A stretch of DNA of 63,579 nucleotides, counting the filler, from Dugesia japonica (lineage: Eukaryota): the NCBI GenBank assembly GCA_001938525.1. It is 6 parts of 6 records of this genome, joined end to end, with 100 filler letters (N's around TTAATTAATTAA, not from the genome) between each part and the next. Parts side by side here need not be neighbours in the genome. Positions count along the whole stretch, not along the records: positions 44,073 to 55,189 come from MQRL01470249.1; positions 55,290 to 63,579 come from MQRL01186839.1; 4 more parts are not named here. One strand, written 5' to 3'. How positions within the stretch are numbered: position 1 is the stretch's first letter; each line of letters begins with the position of its first letter. A program made the translations under genes and the position numbers. Shown here piece after piece: positions 50,161 to 62,248 of the stretch. Below the pieces are notes generated by a model. The model was not told the origin of the DNA. It made no database searches and was given only the letters and a program-made list of their open reading frames with translations.

Positions 50161-53100
50161 AGTAGAGGGATAGTAGCGGACACCTTCTGCATACATTCAT
50201 TAGCCCCCCTCCCGTTTGGCGATTTTAGGTTAACATATTTGGAATCAGCGAAATATTCTCTATCGAAAAGATAATTTATTTGAAAAGAAAATAATTTTTC
50301 GAAAAATTTTATTTGAAAAAAAATTTTTTGTGAGTTTTAAATGATTTTATAATAGATTAACATTGTTTTATTGAGACTTTATTGGTTTTAGGGACTTTTT
50401 CGAATATTTAATGAATATTTAGTGGTTTTGTGGTGTTTACATGAAATTTAAGAATTCAGAAATTTGAGCGATGAAATCTGAGTTTTGATATTTAAGGGAT
50501 TTATTGTGGTTTATAAGATTTTTATAATATGGAGTTATAATATAAGTTTCATATGATCTTATAATTGGTTTAACATTGTTTTATAAGTGTTTTCTATATT
50601 TTTTGTGAATAATAAGGGAATTCAGAGTTTATAGAGGATTATTAGGACATTTTATGTTTATATGATGGTATAATAGGCATTTCATTGTTTAATATGGTGT
50701 TTTACGCGATCTAAGTGTTCATCGAATATTTTATGAACTTACAGGGGTTTATTAGGTTTCTGTGAATTTTAGAAATACATCAAGTTTTCATGACTTTTAA
50801 GGATATCATCGGGTTTTTCAAGAATTTTAACGGACTAATGGATGTTTTATGGTGGTTTTATAAGGAACTTTTAATTGAGTTTTACATGCTAGAATGGGTT
50901 TTTACATTGTTTCATAAGTAGTTCATACGGAGTTTAATAACTATATCTAATATTTCTTGAATTTTTAAGAATTTATGAGTTTTATCATGAGTTTTAAGGA
51001 ATAAATAGGGTTTTCATGAATTTAAGGAATTTATTGGAATTTCATGAATTTTAAAGGGTTTATGAGGTTTTCTAAATTTTAGGGATTTGTGGTTGTTTTC
51101 ATGAATTTTTAGGGGTTTATGGGGAATTTTTAAAGATTTTTTAATAAAGATGTTTAATTGTTTTACATGGTTTTACAGTACTTTTACGTGATTTAAATAT
51201 CCGTCTTTAAATGTTTAATGATAATTATAATAATATTACCCATGTAAATTAAAAATAATAATTAAAATAATCTACTTGAGAAAATTAAATAATAATTAAA
51301 ATAATTATATTAAGAATATGATGAATATTGATATTTGTTTAATCGCATCAATTTAATTAATTAATTAAAAATACGTGTATATTAATAATTTAGGGTTTAA
51401 ACAAAATACATTCAATCCTTTATTTTTTAAATGTAAATCAAAGAAAGTAAGTTACATTTTTTAAATGACTTATTTAATTTAATTTTATTTTTAGACTATA
51501 AACAATCAAAGGAATAATTAAATGACTGGCAAAACGAACAGCAATATGAGCACAAACTCGATGGAGAGAAAAATCAATAAAATAATTATGATTTTTTTAA
51601 AATTACGAAATATATTTAATTTGATTTTTTTAGAATGAAAACCATGGAAATAATAAGAAAAGAAGAATAATAATTATTACCAATGATTATATTCGCAAAT
51701 AAGATTTCAATGAAGCATACATCAGTCTCCAATTCAAGGTGAAGAATTTAGAATTGAAATCTAAATTGAAATAGGTTCAAATTCCAAAACATATGAGAAA
51801 TAAAGTTGAAGAAGAGGTCAAAAAATTCAAACATTGTAAGGTGCAATTTGGATTTCATGCCGAATTAGAAAAGGATGGTGATAGAGAAGAAATAAAAGAA
51901 TGGTCATGGTTATACAAGGCAATTGAATATTCAGATAATGTTTTGGATAAAATAACAGATAAAGCAAATGCAGAAATTTCGGTGTATGCAGAACTAAGCA
52001 TTGGATGGAAAATTAAAAGAGTATTAGAACTAAGATCTATTTTATCGAAATTTGCTCCAGTAAATTATCGATCTGGTCGATCATACATTCAGAGTCATCC
52101 TGCATTACATGAATCCAATGCAATAGTGAATGTGCACAATACTGACATTAAATGCTTTATATATAGCATACTTGCCACATATGTGGCAACATCAAAAACA
52201 AATTGGTTCGTGATCATGATCACAATACTAGAAGACATCTCGGAGCTGCTTGCAATTAATATAATTCATCACGCAAGACTAGAATTTAGTTGCCTGTTGT
52301 GTTTCATAACTTTAAAGGCTATGATTCACATCATATCATCAAATATGCACTCAACCAATTTCCATATTGGGATCTCAATCCAATCGCCCAAACAACAGAA
52401 AAGGTTTTGGTTATGTTTGCACATGTTGGAAATCAAGTTACAATACGGTTTATCGACTCATTTCAGTTTCTCAGTTCCAGTTTATCAACATTGACGAAAA
52501 CCCTTGAAAGCTGGCCAATAACATCAACTACATTTCCACATGGACAACAAAACAAGGGTATATTTCCATACAAATTTGCAACTTCCTATGAGATGCTCAT
52601 AAATCAAATCGAATTACGAGAACATTGGCCAGAAATAACAAGTGGAGAATATGAAATCGCAAAGTTGGCATGGATAGAATCATGAATATATGATATGCTA
52701 TATAAAGCTGGATATATACTTGTTGGCTGATGTCTTTCAAACATTTCTAAAGTACTTGAAGAGCATGGATTGAAGCCATTACTATTTGTTTTATTGCCTA
52801 GATTGAGTTAGTCAAGTGCTCTCAAATCGAGGGATAGATCAATAGAACTATTCCAATGTGCTGAAATGCATCGTTTATTTGAGTTATGAATTCGTGGAGG
52901 AATGACTTTTGTGAACAAGCATTATGCTCAGGCAGATAAGAATACCTCACTGCTTTACATGGACATTAATAACCTATATGGTTGGGCATTAACACAACCT
53001 TTACCATATAGAGATTTTGAATTTATATCAGAAGATCAGATAGAAGAAAAATTCTAAAAAATGTTCACCAATAACAATAACGAGATTGGATACCTGCTTG

Positions 53101-54180
53101 AAATTGATCTTGAAATACCTATCGAACATCATGATAGGTTAAATCAATTACCTTTGGGTCCAGAAACAAATGTCTACCTGGATCGAAAGTCAAGAAGTTG
53201 CTGATGACACATAGACCAAAACAACATTATATCGTATATTGGCAATTATTAGAATTATAAATAAAGCTTGGCACTAGTGTGACGGCAGTGCATAGAATAA
53301 TTCAATTCAAACAAACGAAAATATTAGCCCATTATATTAATGCAAATTCTGAGAGAAAACCGGAATCAAAGTTTAAATTTGAAAAAGACGTTTACAAATT
53401 ATTAAATAATGCGCTATATGGTAAGACAGTGAAGAATTTGAAGAATCGTATGGATCTCCGACTATGTAATAATAAGAAGAAATTTATAAATTACACTAGC
53501 AAAGTTACATTTAAGAAAACCATGGATATTGCAGAAGGACTCAAGGCTGTATTGCTCGAAAAAGATACCATATGTCAAGATAGACCGAGTTATATTGACC
53601 AGGTCGTTCTAGATTTGAGTAAATTATGAATGTATATGCTCCAGTATGAAGAGTTGGAAAAATATCGTCAACATTTTCTTTGTAAAATTGATATTATTGC
53701 TAGAGATATAGATAGTTTTTTTATCATGTACCGGAGTAAATAAAAATCAACTCTTATCTCAGATGAAATCAAATAGTCTGCTGGATACAAGTAATTACCC
53801 AAAAGATCATTCACTCTATTCTAATGATGTGGCCAACAAAATTGTATTGTTTAAAGATGAAGGAGAAGGTGAAGATTATACTGAATGGGTATTTCTAAGG
53901 CCAAAATAAAGAAAGGAGATGCTAGTATGATGAAGAAGGCAAAAGAGATCAGTTTAAAACAAACAAATATCAATCATCAAAATTATTTAAATGGATACAA
54001 CAAAAATGGAAACTGAGATGAAGAACCAAACAAAGTTATTCAGACTAGCATCCAATCAATAAATCATCAGGTTTATACAAAGGAGAGTATGAAACGCGTT
54101 TGTCTTGCCTGGATGATAAACGCTTTTGAAGCGAAATAAATACTAGTATGGCATATGGTCATTATAAAATTAATAATTAA
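50161..54180 (+). mobile_element. Left arm of a Polinton/Maverick-like element: class II terminus, G/T-rich array, pPolB
   Basis: AGTAGAGGGATAGTAG...GCATACATTCATTAGCCCCCCTCCCG at 50161 is homologous to the 33647 and 45915 ends; contiguous (no N) with pPolB ~1.5 kb downstream; no right end found before the scaffold ends. Confidence 0.6.
51635..54180 (+). pseudogene. Protein-primed DNA polymerase B (copy B), Polinton/Adintovirus type, with endonuclease VII module
   Basis: N-term SYI...NTDIKCFIYSILA; CHIC...VRDHDH...GAACN; exonuclease FHNFKGYDSH and RFIDSFQFLSSSL; KGIFPY; IRGG; motif A YMDINNLYG; motif B KLLNNALYGKT; motif C DIDSF; FKDE; DDKR...AYGH; start approximate. Confidence 0.93.
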
Positions 54181-55189
54181 ATAATAAGTATTTAATTGCT
54201 GTTTTAATGATCTCAGCTTGTCAAAGAAGAAGACTAAGAAAACGAAAATCTTTACAATGATTTTAAAGTAAATTATGAAATACATTTTGTTATATATTTA
54301 TTGGTTTTTTTATAGATTATGGATATGTTAATAATAAGGAAAGAAAGTTTTTATTGTTGTTTTTTATATATAAATGTATAATGCCATTTTAGATTTATTT
54401 ATATGATTAATAATAATAAAAGAAATATATATTTGTGATTTTAAAGTATTTAATAAGTAGTATGCATTTCAAAGTTATTAAAAATGTAATTAATCATATA
54501 ATAAGATATGATTAATGATAATGATAATATTTATTATTCAACATGGCAATTGTGTATTGTGATGCTAATTTCCATGAAATGGATTGTGTAACATGTTAAA
54601 TGTCATTCTAATTATGTGTGCATTAATTATGTCATAGACAAAATTTTATTTTCAACTGTTCTCATGTACCTGCACCCACCTACTTAAATACTCTCATATT
54701 GTTCATAAGACTTGAATTTTATAGTTTCCTCCTTTGTTCTAGCTGTTGTTACTTTGTTCTAGATTTTGCACGCTTTATATTCTTTAATTACTTTTGACAC
54801 AGTTTCTCTTAAATTTTCTATATTATATTAATTTTTCGAATAATTTATCACTTTTTCCGTGCCTGCGTGCACCCATAAATTTTGCATTTCTTTTAAGTAG
54901 GGGGATAGAAGCGCACAAGCACAATTTTTTAAGCAGTTATCGCGAGACCCCCTCGGGGGGTGGGTGGGCTCGGAAACACATTACGCTTGAGCTGCGTATT
55001 TTTAACCATGATTTTTGTTTTGGTTTTTTTCTAAGATTTTTGGGATAAAAAATTTTTTGATCGGATCAAATTTTTTTTTGATCTCATTAGTTTTTTTATC
55101 CTGGTGGTGTGTGTGTATTTATAAATTTTAAAATTTGCGTGTGTTTGGGTTGTTAAGGTGGTTTTTAAAAAGTAGGTCAAGTTGAGTTT

Positions 55190-55289
55190 NNNNNNNNNNN
55201 NNNNNNNNNNNNNNNNNNNNNNNNNNNNNNNNNTTAATTAATTAANNNNNNNNNNNNNNNNNNNNNNNNNNNNNNNNNNNNNNNNNNNN
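55190..55289. other. Artificial scaffold linker
   Basis: 44 N + TTAATTAATTAA (55234-55245) + 44 N. Confidence 0.97.
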
Positions 55290-55596
55290 ACGCCTAGTAA
55301 TTTTTAAATTGGAGTCAGTTTATTTATTGTTAGGTACCTGAGCCCACTAGGATCTAACATAAGGGTTAATTGAGATAATCGTATGCGGTTGATAAACACA
55401 ACCGTCAGGTTAAGTGTGTATTACGACTTTTCAGCACTAGAAAGAATATATAATCACATACACACCGCGGAAACCTAGGGAACGCAAATCGCCCAAATTC
55501 AAATAAGATAAATTCATAAAAGATATGACAACACTAATTCTAGAATTTAGTATCATAGCTATTCTAATTCTTATTTACCAATATTATTAATGTAAC

Positions 55597-55670
<74 letters not shown>

Positions 55671-56522
55671 TTATAACGATCAATTATTATCATGGATTAA
55701 CTCATTAATTTCATCGCTTAATTGTTAGGACAACGATAATGTTACTTAGAATCTCTATCAGTGCATGAACATATCATATTTAATATCACAAATAGAATTA
55801 TATTCAACGAGTTAGCTGATCTTATCAGTATTCAATTATTAACCCAGCGTTATTATAAAGGTCAACTTGATTGTTTCTTTTATTATTATAGTTGTTAGAC
55901 ATACAATCCGCATCACTCCTGTGGAAGTTTGCAGTAACATCGGTTTATCCATTGTGTAGTAGCTATTAGGATAATTCCTGCGCAAATATCATCATCCATA
56001 AGAAGGCGATTAGGTTCCTTCTATTTAAAAAAAATATTTTTAAATTTTGTTGTTTGCATTACAATAACCAGGTTCACTATTACTAATTTTTTAGGGTTAA
56101 TGCGAATATAGCGGAATTAGATAATCTGTCACAAATTCATTCCCATAACATATATAAAAATTTACGTTTTAGTTAATGTCCGCGACATTATGGAGTACTC
56201 TATATTGGATCAAGAAACAACGTAGAAAGTCTCGTCTAAAGCAATACTTGACGCACAAATTTTCGCAGGGAGTAGTGGAGCATCCATACGAAACAGATTT
56301 GGCCTGTTCCGTCGAGATGTTTCCCGTGCCAGCGATTGTGGATTGAAATGCAGAAAATGGGTTCCATTAATTATTGGTGAATTAAATAAAACTTTCTGTC
56401 TTGGGTTTAGTATTAGAGAAATGATTGTTCTCTAAAATTTTATTAAAAAAAAATATAAATATATTCGTTTCTTTTATTTTATGTATTAAACCAATTTCTA
56501 TAACTATAGGAATGGAATCCAT

Positions 56523-56888
56523 TTGGGAGCGAATAGTCGATCGGCAAACGCGACGCATCATATTTCGACGTCATATAACCCGCATAACCGCGATGCAGGT
56601 ATCTTGGTAGAACGAACTAACCTGCTTCCTGTGGACGCCGCGGTAGCTCGCATTCAGAGCTTCAGAGAAAGATTGAACTACCAACAATGGAACGGCCCAA
56701 CGCGAAATCACATTACCCCTTATCATTATCAGGATCCGGCCCCTCCCCCAGTGGTGCAAGCGTTTATCAATAACTTGCTTATGGGTGTTAGAGAACCCTC
56801 GGGGGTTGAGGACTCGGAAAATACGGTTCCTGCTCGGACCCAACCTCTAACTCATAGTGTCTATCTTAATTGTCGTAAACATTTATAA
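56523..56888 (+). CDS. Unknown ORF, 121 aa, GC-elevated
   Basis: Open frame with coding-like composition in an AT-rich background; possible acceptor CTATAG at ~56509; AATAAA at the stop; no recognised motif. Confidence 0.35.
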   Translation: MGANSRSANATHHISTSYNPHNRDAGILVERTNLLPVDAAVARIQSFRERLNYQQWNGPTRNHITPYHYQDPAPPPVVQAFINNLLMGVREPSGVEDSENTVPARTQPLTHSVYLNCRKHL

Positions 56889-57068
56889 ATAAATATCTGT
56901 TTCTATTTAATAGTAGTCTAATTCATTCTGTTCATTATTTTATTGAGGAAACAAAATTTCTCTTTTGTTTGTTTTTTGTTGTTAATAATAATAAAATTGC
57001 AGTCTGCTACTAAGGAAACCAAGAGTCTCAAGTACTTTCTTAACATAGTTAATGTATACTCTTTTGCA

Positions 57069-57428
57069 GTGCATTCGTCGCTGAACCGCTCTACAGCTCC
57101 CACGAAAAAGATGAGGGACACCAGCAAGGACCAAGAGATGACTTGGGACCTCTATTGGCTTGCGAAGCGACGCTGGGAAGCAGAAATAACCGCCGCGAAT
57201 AGTAAGGTATCTCGGTACAAGAAAAAGTGTATCGCCTTTAAATAGGAAACCGAGGCCTTCCACTTGCAGGAGCAAGCATGGAAAAAACAGGTCAAGTCCT
57301 TTGCGGAAATCATCCGGTCCAGCCATGACCGAGAGAATAAACTGGTTGATGAGGTCTTACATATCAGGAAAATGATACCTCTCGAGGCTTTGATGATCGA
57401 GAAATGCACTCAAACCTCTCGGACATAA
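57069..57428 (+). pseudogene. Unknown coiled-coil-like ORF with one internal stop
   Basis: After a TTTTGCAG acceptor; ...WDLYWLAKRRWEAEI...IAFK*ETEAFHLQEQAWKKQV...TSRT*, then AATAAA at ~57445. Confidence 0.4.
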
Positions 57429-57544
57429 CCCACTTGTTTTTGTAAATAAATGTATTATTCCATCCTTCTTGTGAAATCAGTTATTGTCTTAGTATTTAAT
57501 CATTTCTTGCTAAGTTACCTATATGCTAATTTAATTTCTTTTAG

Positions 57545-57986
57545 TGCCTCGCATCACATTTCCCAATAGTATCCACTGATGCCATCGCATATTGCGTCGC
57601 CTACTAATAAAATGCCATCTAAAACGGAAAACCAATCAAGCACTGATCAAACATTTGAACCAACGAGATCGTCTGATTCTTTGCCATATGTTTCAAAACA
57701 ACTAGAATAAGCTGCAGATTGCAAGAAAAAACAGAATAACGGGAATTGTAATGATAGATGACACCACTATGACATGTAAAAAACGTTTTATTAATGTTAC
57801 CAAAATCAGTAAATGCAAATGACAATTAAATTTTGTTATAAGTTCCTTTATCTGTTCTTAATTCGAGATAAAATAGTTTCCGGTAAATACCAGTAAATTT
57901 TTAAATTTACCGGTATTTACCGATGGTTTGTTATGGTTCATTTACCGGTAAACCGATAAACCGTTTTACCCGTTATACAATCCCTA
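57545..57986 (+). mobile_element. hAT-like remnant with right end
   Basis: GIVMIDDTTMTCKKRFINVT resembles the first catalytic-D block of hAT transposases; subterminal ACCGGT/AACCG repeats and terminal CAATCCCTA. Confidence 0.5.
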
Positions 57987-57989
57987 GTC

Positions 57990-58300
57990 GTCAATATATA
58001 CAACTACACTTTTAAATGAAATCCCATACAAAATTGTATGCATCAATTTATGAAATGTACTGGAGCAGTTGATAACCTAAATGACATACGATTGTAGCAA
58101 TATTGTCTCTTCTTTGTTGAAAATGCTGTTTTAATCTTATCTTCTTCGTTTAATTCTGCTTGATAAAAAGCTTGTCCCACATCCAAAGTTGAAAATATTG
58201 TACAACCACAAAGATGATCAAAAATGATTTGTGGATCTACCATTAGGAATGAAAACTTCTTTGTAGAATCATTCAATATTCTAAAGTTTTGGAACATTCT
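57990..58300 (-). pseudogene. Gypsy reverse transcriptase fragment
   Basis: FRILN...FSTLDVGQAFYQAEL.EEDKIKTAFST...YNRMSFRLSTAP, then VVVYIDD near 57990. Confidence 0.88.
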
Positions 58301-61300
58301 GATTGCGGCATCTTTGTTTTGTTAAATTTTAAAAAATATATTTAAGTATTTGAAAAGTGAAACTGTATATAAAAGAAGCAGAACCAAGAGTTTAGGAGGG
58401 TAGACATTTTTCTGACTCTTCAAATCTCTTGCCACTAATTTACTAATGATATATATCAGAGTTTCCCAAACTTTATTGACTGCGGCCTATTACGAGGTTT
58501 TAAAATTTTTCGCTATCCACCTTATGAAAAATACCATTTAAGTAATTAAAAAATTAACAATTATTTAAAACTTTAGCAAATGAAGTAAGCTTTTTCCTTT
58601 ACTTCATACCTTTTCTTATTTTATGCTTACTGATTTTATCACCAAAATAATTCGTGTATATTTATTGATTTCTACTTTCACTGATAAAAATAATTTTAGA
58701 TTTTTCAATAATGAAATTTAAGATATAATGAAAATTGATAAAAACCGAAATATTATAAACATGCAACGAGAATTTAAAATTTTATAATAACTTAATTTAA
58801 GAAAATATAAAACATATAATACAAAACCAAATGCATTTTAAATTTCGATTAACAAAAAAAAAATAAAACGAGGAAATAAGATCTGAGCAAGACCTAAGCA
58901 AAAACATACGAAGAAAACAAAAATAAGTTGCATAAATAAATTTATTTAAAAAAAAATAAGGCAAATGATTTTTTTCTACGTACAATCTTCGATCACGGGT
59001 TTCTTGCCGCTCATAAAATACCTAGTTAATATATTGAAAATCCAGTGTGGTATGTATGTATTTTTTTGTCCATGATGGTCAATGTTTATTAAAGCTTTCA
59101 AAATTTTTAATTAATATATTAAAAACTCTGTATGGTTTGTTTGTGCGTGATGCTCAAAATTTTAAACCAAAGCTAAAAGATAAAAACATACAGAGTGAAC
59201 ATGATCAGGAAACTTCCTAAAGTAATTGATGTGTCAAACAAGGCGAGTAGTTAGTAGGAAAATCAAAGTGGACAACTGGAAGAAAGAGAGCAAGCGAAAG
59301 ACACTGTTTTTGAGCAAGTCTTGAGGAAAATAACGAATAAGACAAAAATGAGGTGCTTAAAAAACATGTGATTGTTGGGAACCCTTTTGCAGGCATAATT
59401 TTCATGACAAAATTTAATTCAAAAAAAAATTCTGCAAATGTTTTTTTTATACGCGCATTCTTTGATCGTCGCTCATAAACCACCTAGTAGGAATGTTAAA
59501 GAAAAATCTGAACAAATACATATTTTGTGATTTAATTGAAATGATTCCAATATTGTTCAAAAATACAAAAAACCCCATCTTTACAAAACAGTTACCGTAT
59601 TTTATAATCATATTGTTACGTAGGTTATATATAAATTTATGCATACGCATTGATTTGAGATCTACATCCCTCCCCATCTTCTAATTTCAACCATTCCCTC
59701 TCTGTGTGTATGTAATATATTGATAACCCCAATACTATATGTGTAATCAATATGCTAATATTTTTAGAAAAAAAATATTGCAAGTGTCCAATTGAAATAA
59801 GAATACAGATTCCCAGGCNACATGTTTAACTGAAATAATATGTATAGATGATATTTAGATAGTAGAACAATCGATTCCACCNATATTTCGCTAATAANAG
59901 ATAATCAATAATTCACATATAATTTACAAATTATTGATGCACAAAATAAATTTAATTAAACAAAATCCATCGAATCGATTAAAGCAGTAAAGTAACTAAA
60001 GTTAAATGTATTTTCTCAATATAAATATCGTTGTTTTTCTGGCAAATAAAATAAAAAAACCGAATCAAAAGTTATTTAAAACATCAACACTCTTTATTGT
60101 AGCACAACATTTACTGATCGATCATATCAGCATCTCGAGTTACAAATCTACACCGAACAAGGCAGAAAAACAACAATTATCGACGGAAATTTTACAAACT
60201 TAATTGCTGATCTGTTTTTATAATCATCATGCACTCAACAACAACAAACACAATATGTTATGTTACGTGGAAAATTTCATGTTTTTAACTCCAAATAAAC
60301 TCAAACAAAATATAATCAATCAGTTTCTTTATTGTCTCAGTTAGATATTGTTTATAGAATTTTCAACGGCTGTTTCGATTTTCTAATAATTTATTACTGA
60401 TTTCTTCTTCTCTTTTTAATTCGACACGAAGTGATGCTACTTTTTCTGGAATTATACAAATTGAGATAATTTGATATTGCCAAGTTGGATGAAAATTTTA
60501 ATAAATTTATGTTTGGTTGATTAATTAAATAAAATACAACTGAATTTCCATGTTTTCAGACGGATAACTAACAAGTGAAATGTTTAAAACTTACCTGGAT
60601 TTCAGCAAGTAATTCTTTCCTATTCAAACTTATTTTAGATATATTTTGATATTCTAATTGATTTTATGCGAAATCGACATTTCATATTGTAACTTTCTTA
60701 GAAACTATAGATTTATCAGCAGAATAATATAATAATTATATTATTAAAAACTTATATTTTACACTCTTTTTTCGGAACATTATCAGGTATTATATTAGAA
60801 AATGTGATTAAATTTTACAGAATTGTATAAGAATCATAATAACAGCGATATGATTGGATTATCGAATCAAAACTTATTTCAGTAATTAGAAAAAATAAGA
60901 ATAATATTTCAATAAATTAAAGATAAAATTGATGATTTTTTATTTTTATCCAAATTTTAGAATTTGTTATTTTATTGAATTTTAATTGGATAATTTGCTT
61001 TAATTATTATTAATTACATTAATTTTAGGTTTATCTTTTTTAATTAATATTTCTTAATGTTTCTTCTTGTGAAGTGTGGAAATGTAACATGTCACTAATG
61101 TTAGATGATGTTGTTCTGATGGAATTTTAAGTGTGTAATGAAAATGTTTGAAAACTTCACTTTCATTTTTGCTTGAGATGTTACTTAATTCTTGTTCCGA
61201 TGATCACACCTATTTTAAAAGTAACATATTTCTTATTGCATATTTTTCTACCATCATAAATACATTTGGAACTACAAACGTTTTGTCTTGATTTCTGTAA

Positions 61301-61598
61301 TTAGATGAAAATTATTCTTGGATTGTGCTTGAGTTTCGATTTTTGTTTTATATTTTGCATAAAACATGAAATACTAATTAAAAGAGATAAACCTGAAATC
61401 AATGTAATTTATAATAATTAAATAACATATCCAAATAAAGTTCAATAAAATAAAATAAATTCTAAAATTATTTCTATTTCTCTAATAAATCAAAAACTAA
61501 TTTCCTAAAGACTATTGCTAATTTGGATTGCTAACAAAAAACACTGATACTCATTTTGATCTAATATTTTTAATTTATTGAAAGTTTAAAAATGCGAT

Positions 61599-62248
61599 CA
61601 ATGGGTCTCCAAACTACGGCCGCAGATTAATTGAGGCTCTTGAACACTTTTTATCCGGCCTAACACATTTGAGAGTATCAGTGTTCTCAATCTACGAAAG
61701 AAAACTAACTATTTTTCCGAATTAATCGTGTTTTCATGCATATATAATATACATATGAAAAGTTCTCTCTTTTATCCCTGATTCTCACTCATTATTGGCT
61801 TGCAACAAAATGAAATGACCTAATGAAATCGTCGACACTTGTGATGACAATAAAATAAATCAAATTTTCAATTAAAAATTATAATTTTGTTAATAATTTT
61901 TTTTAAAAAATATTTTAATATAAATTAGCGAGCCAATTGTAATACTGGAAAAGTCATTTTTAATAGTAATATTTATTATTAAAAATTTTTATTGAAAATT
62001 TTAAAACTAGCAACAGAAAAAAATTTTCAAAAAATCGTTAATATTTTACAATTTAATATTACTTATTTTTTATCCTCAAAACGTATATTTTGTCTAGTTC
62101 TTATTTCTATCCAATATTATGTGAGCATGTCATGATATACATTTGAATGAAAAATTGATTAACTTCTAAGTGAGTGTTAAGCTATAGCATGTTTGACTTT
62201 GTAGAACGTTCAGTGTGGCCCTCATTTCAAAAAATTTGGCGAATCTTG
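61599..62248. mobile_element. Degraded hAT/Charlie-type MITE
   Basis: Left CAATGGGTCTCCAAACTACGGCCGC...ATCCGGCC; right GTGGCCCTC...AAAAATTTGGCGAATCTTG; no clean TSD. Confidence 0.55.

Noticed and set aside
37711-54180. pPolB copies A and B as a divergently arranged pair in one giant element
   Set aside because: They are separated by the artificial linker at 43973-44072 and so lie on different scaffolds
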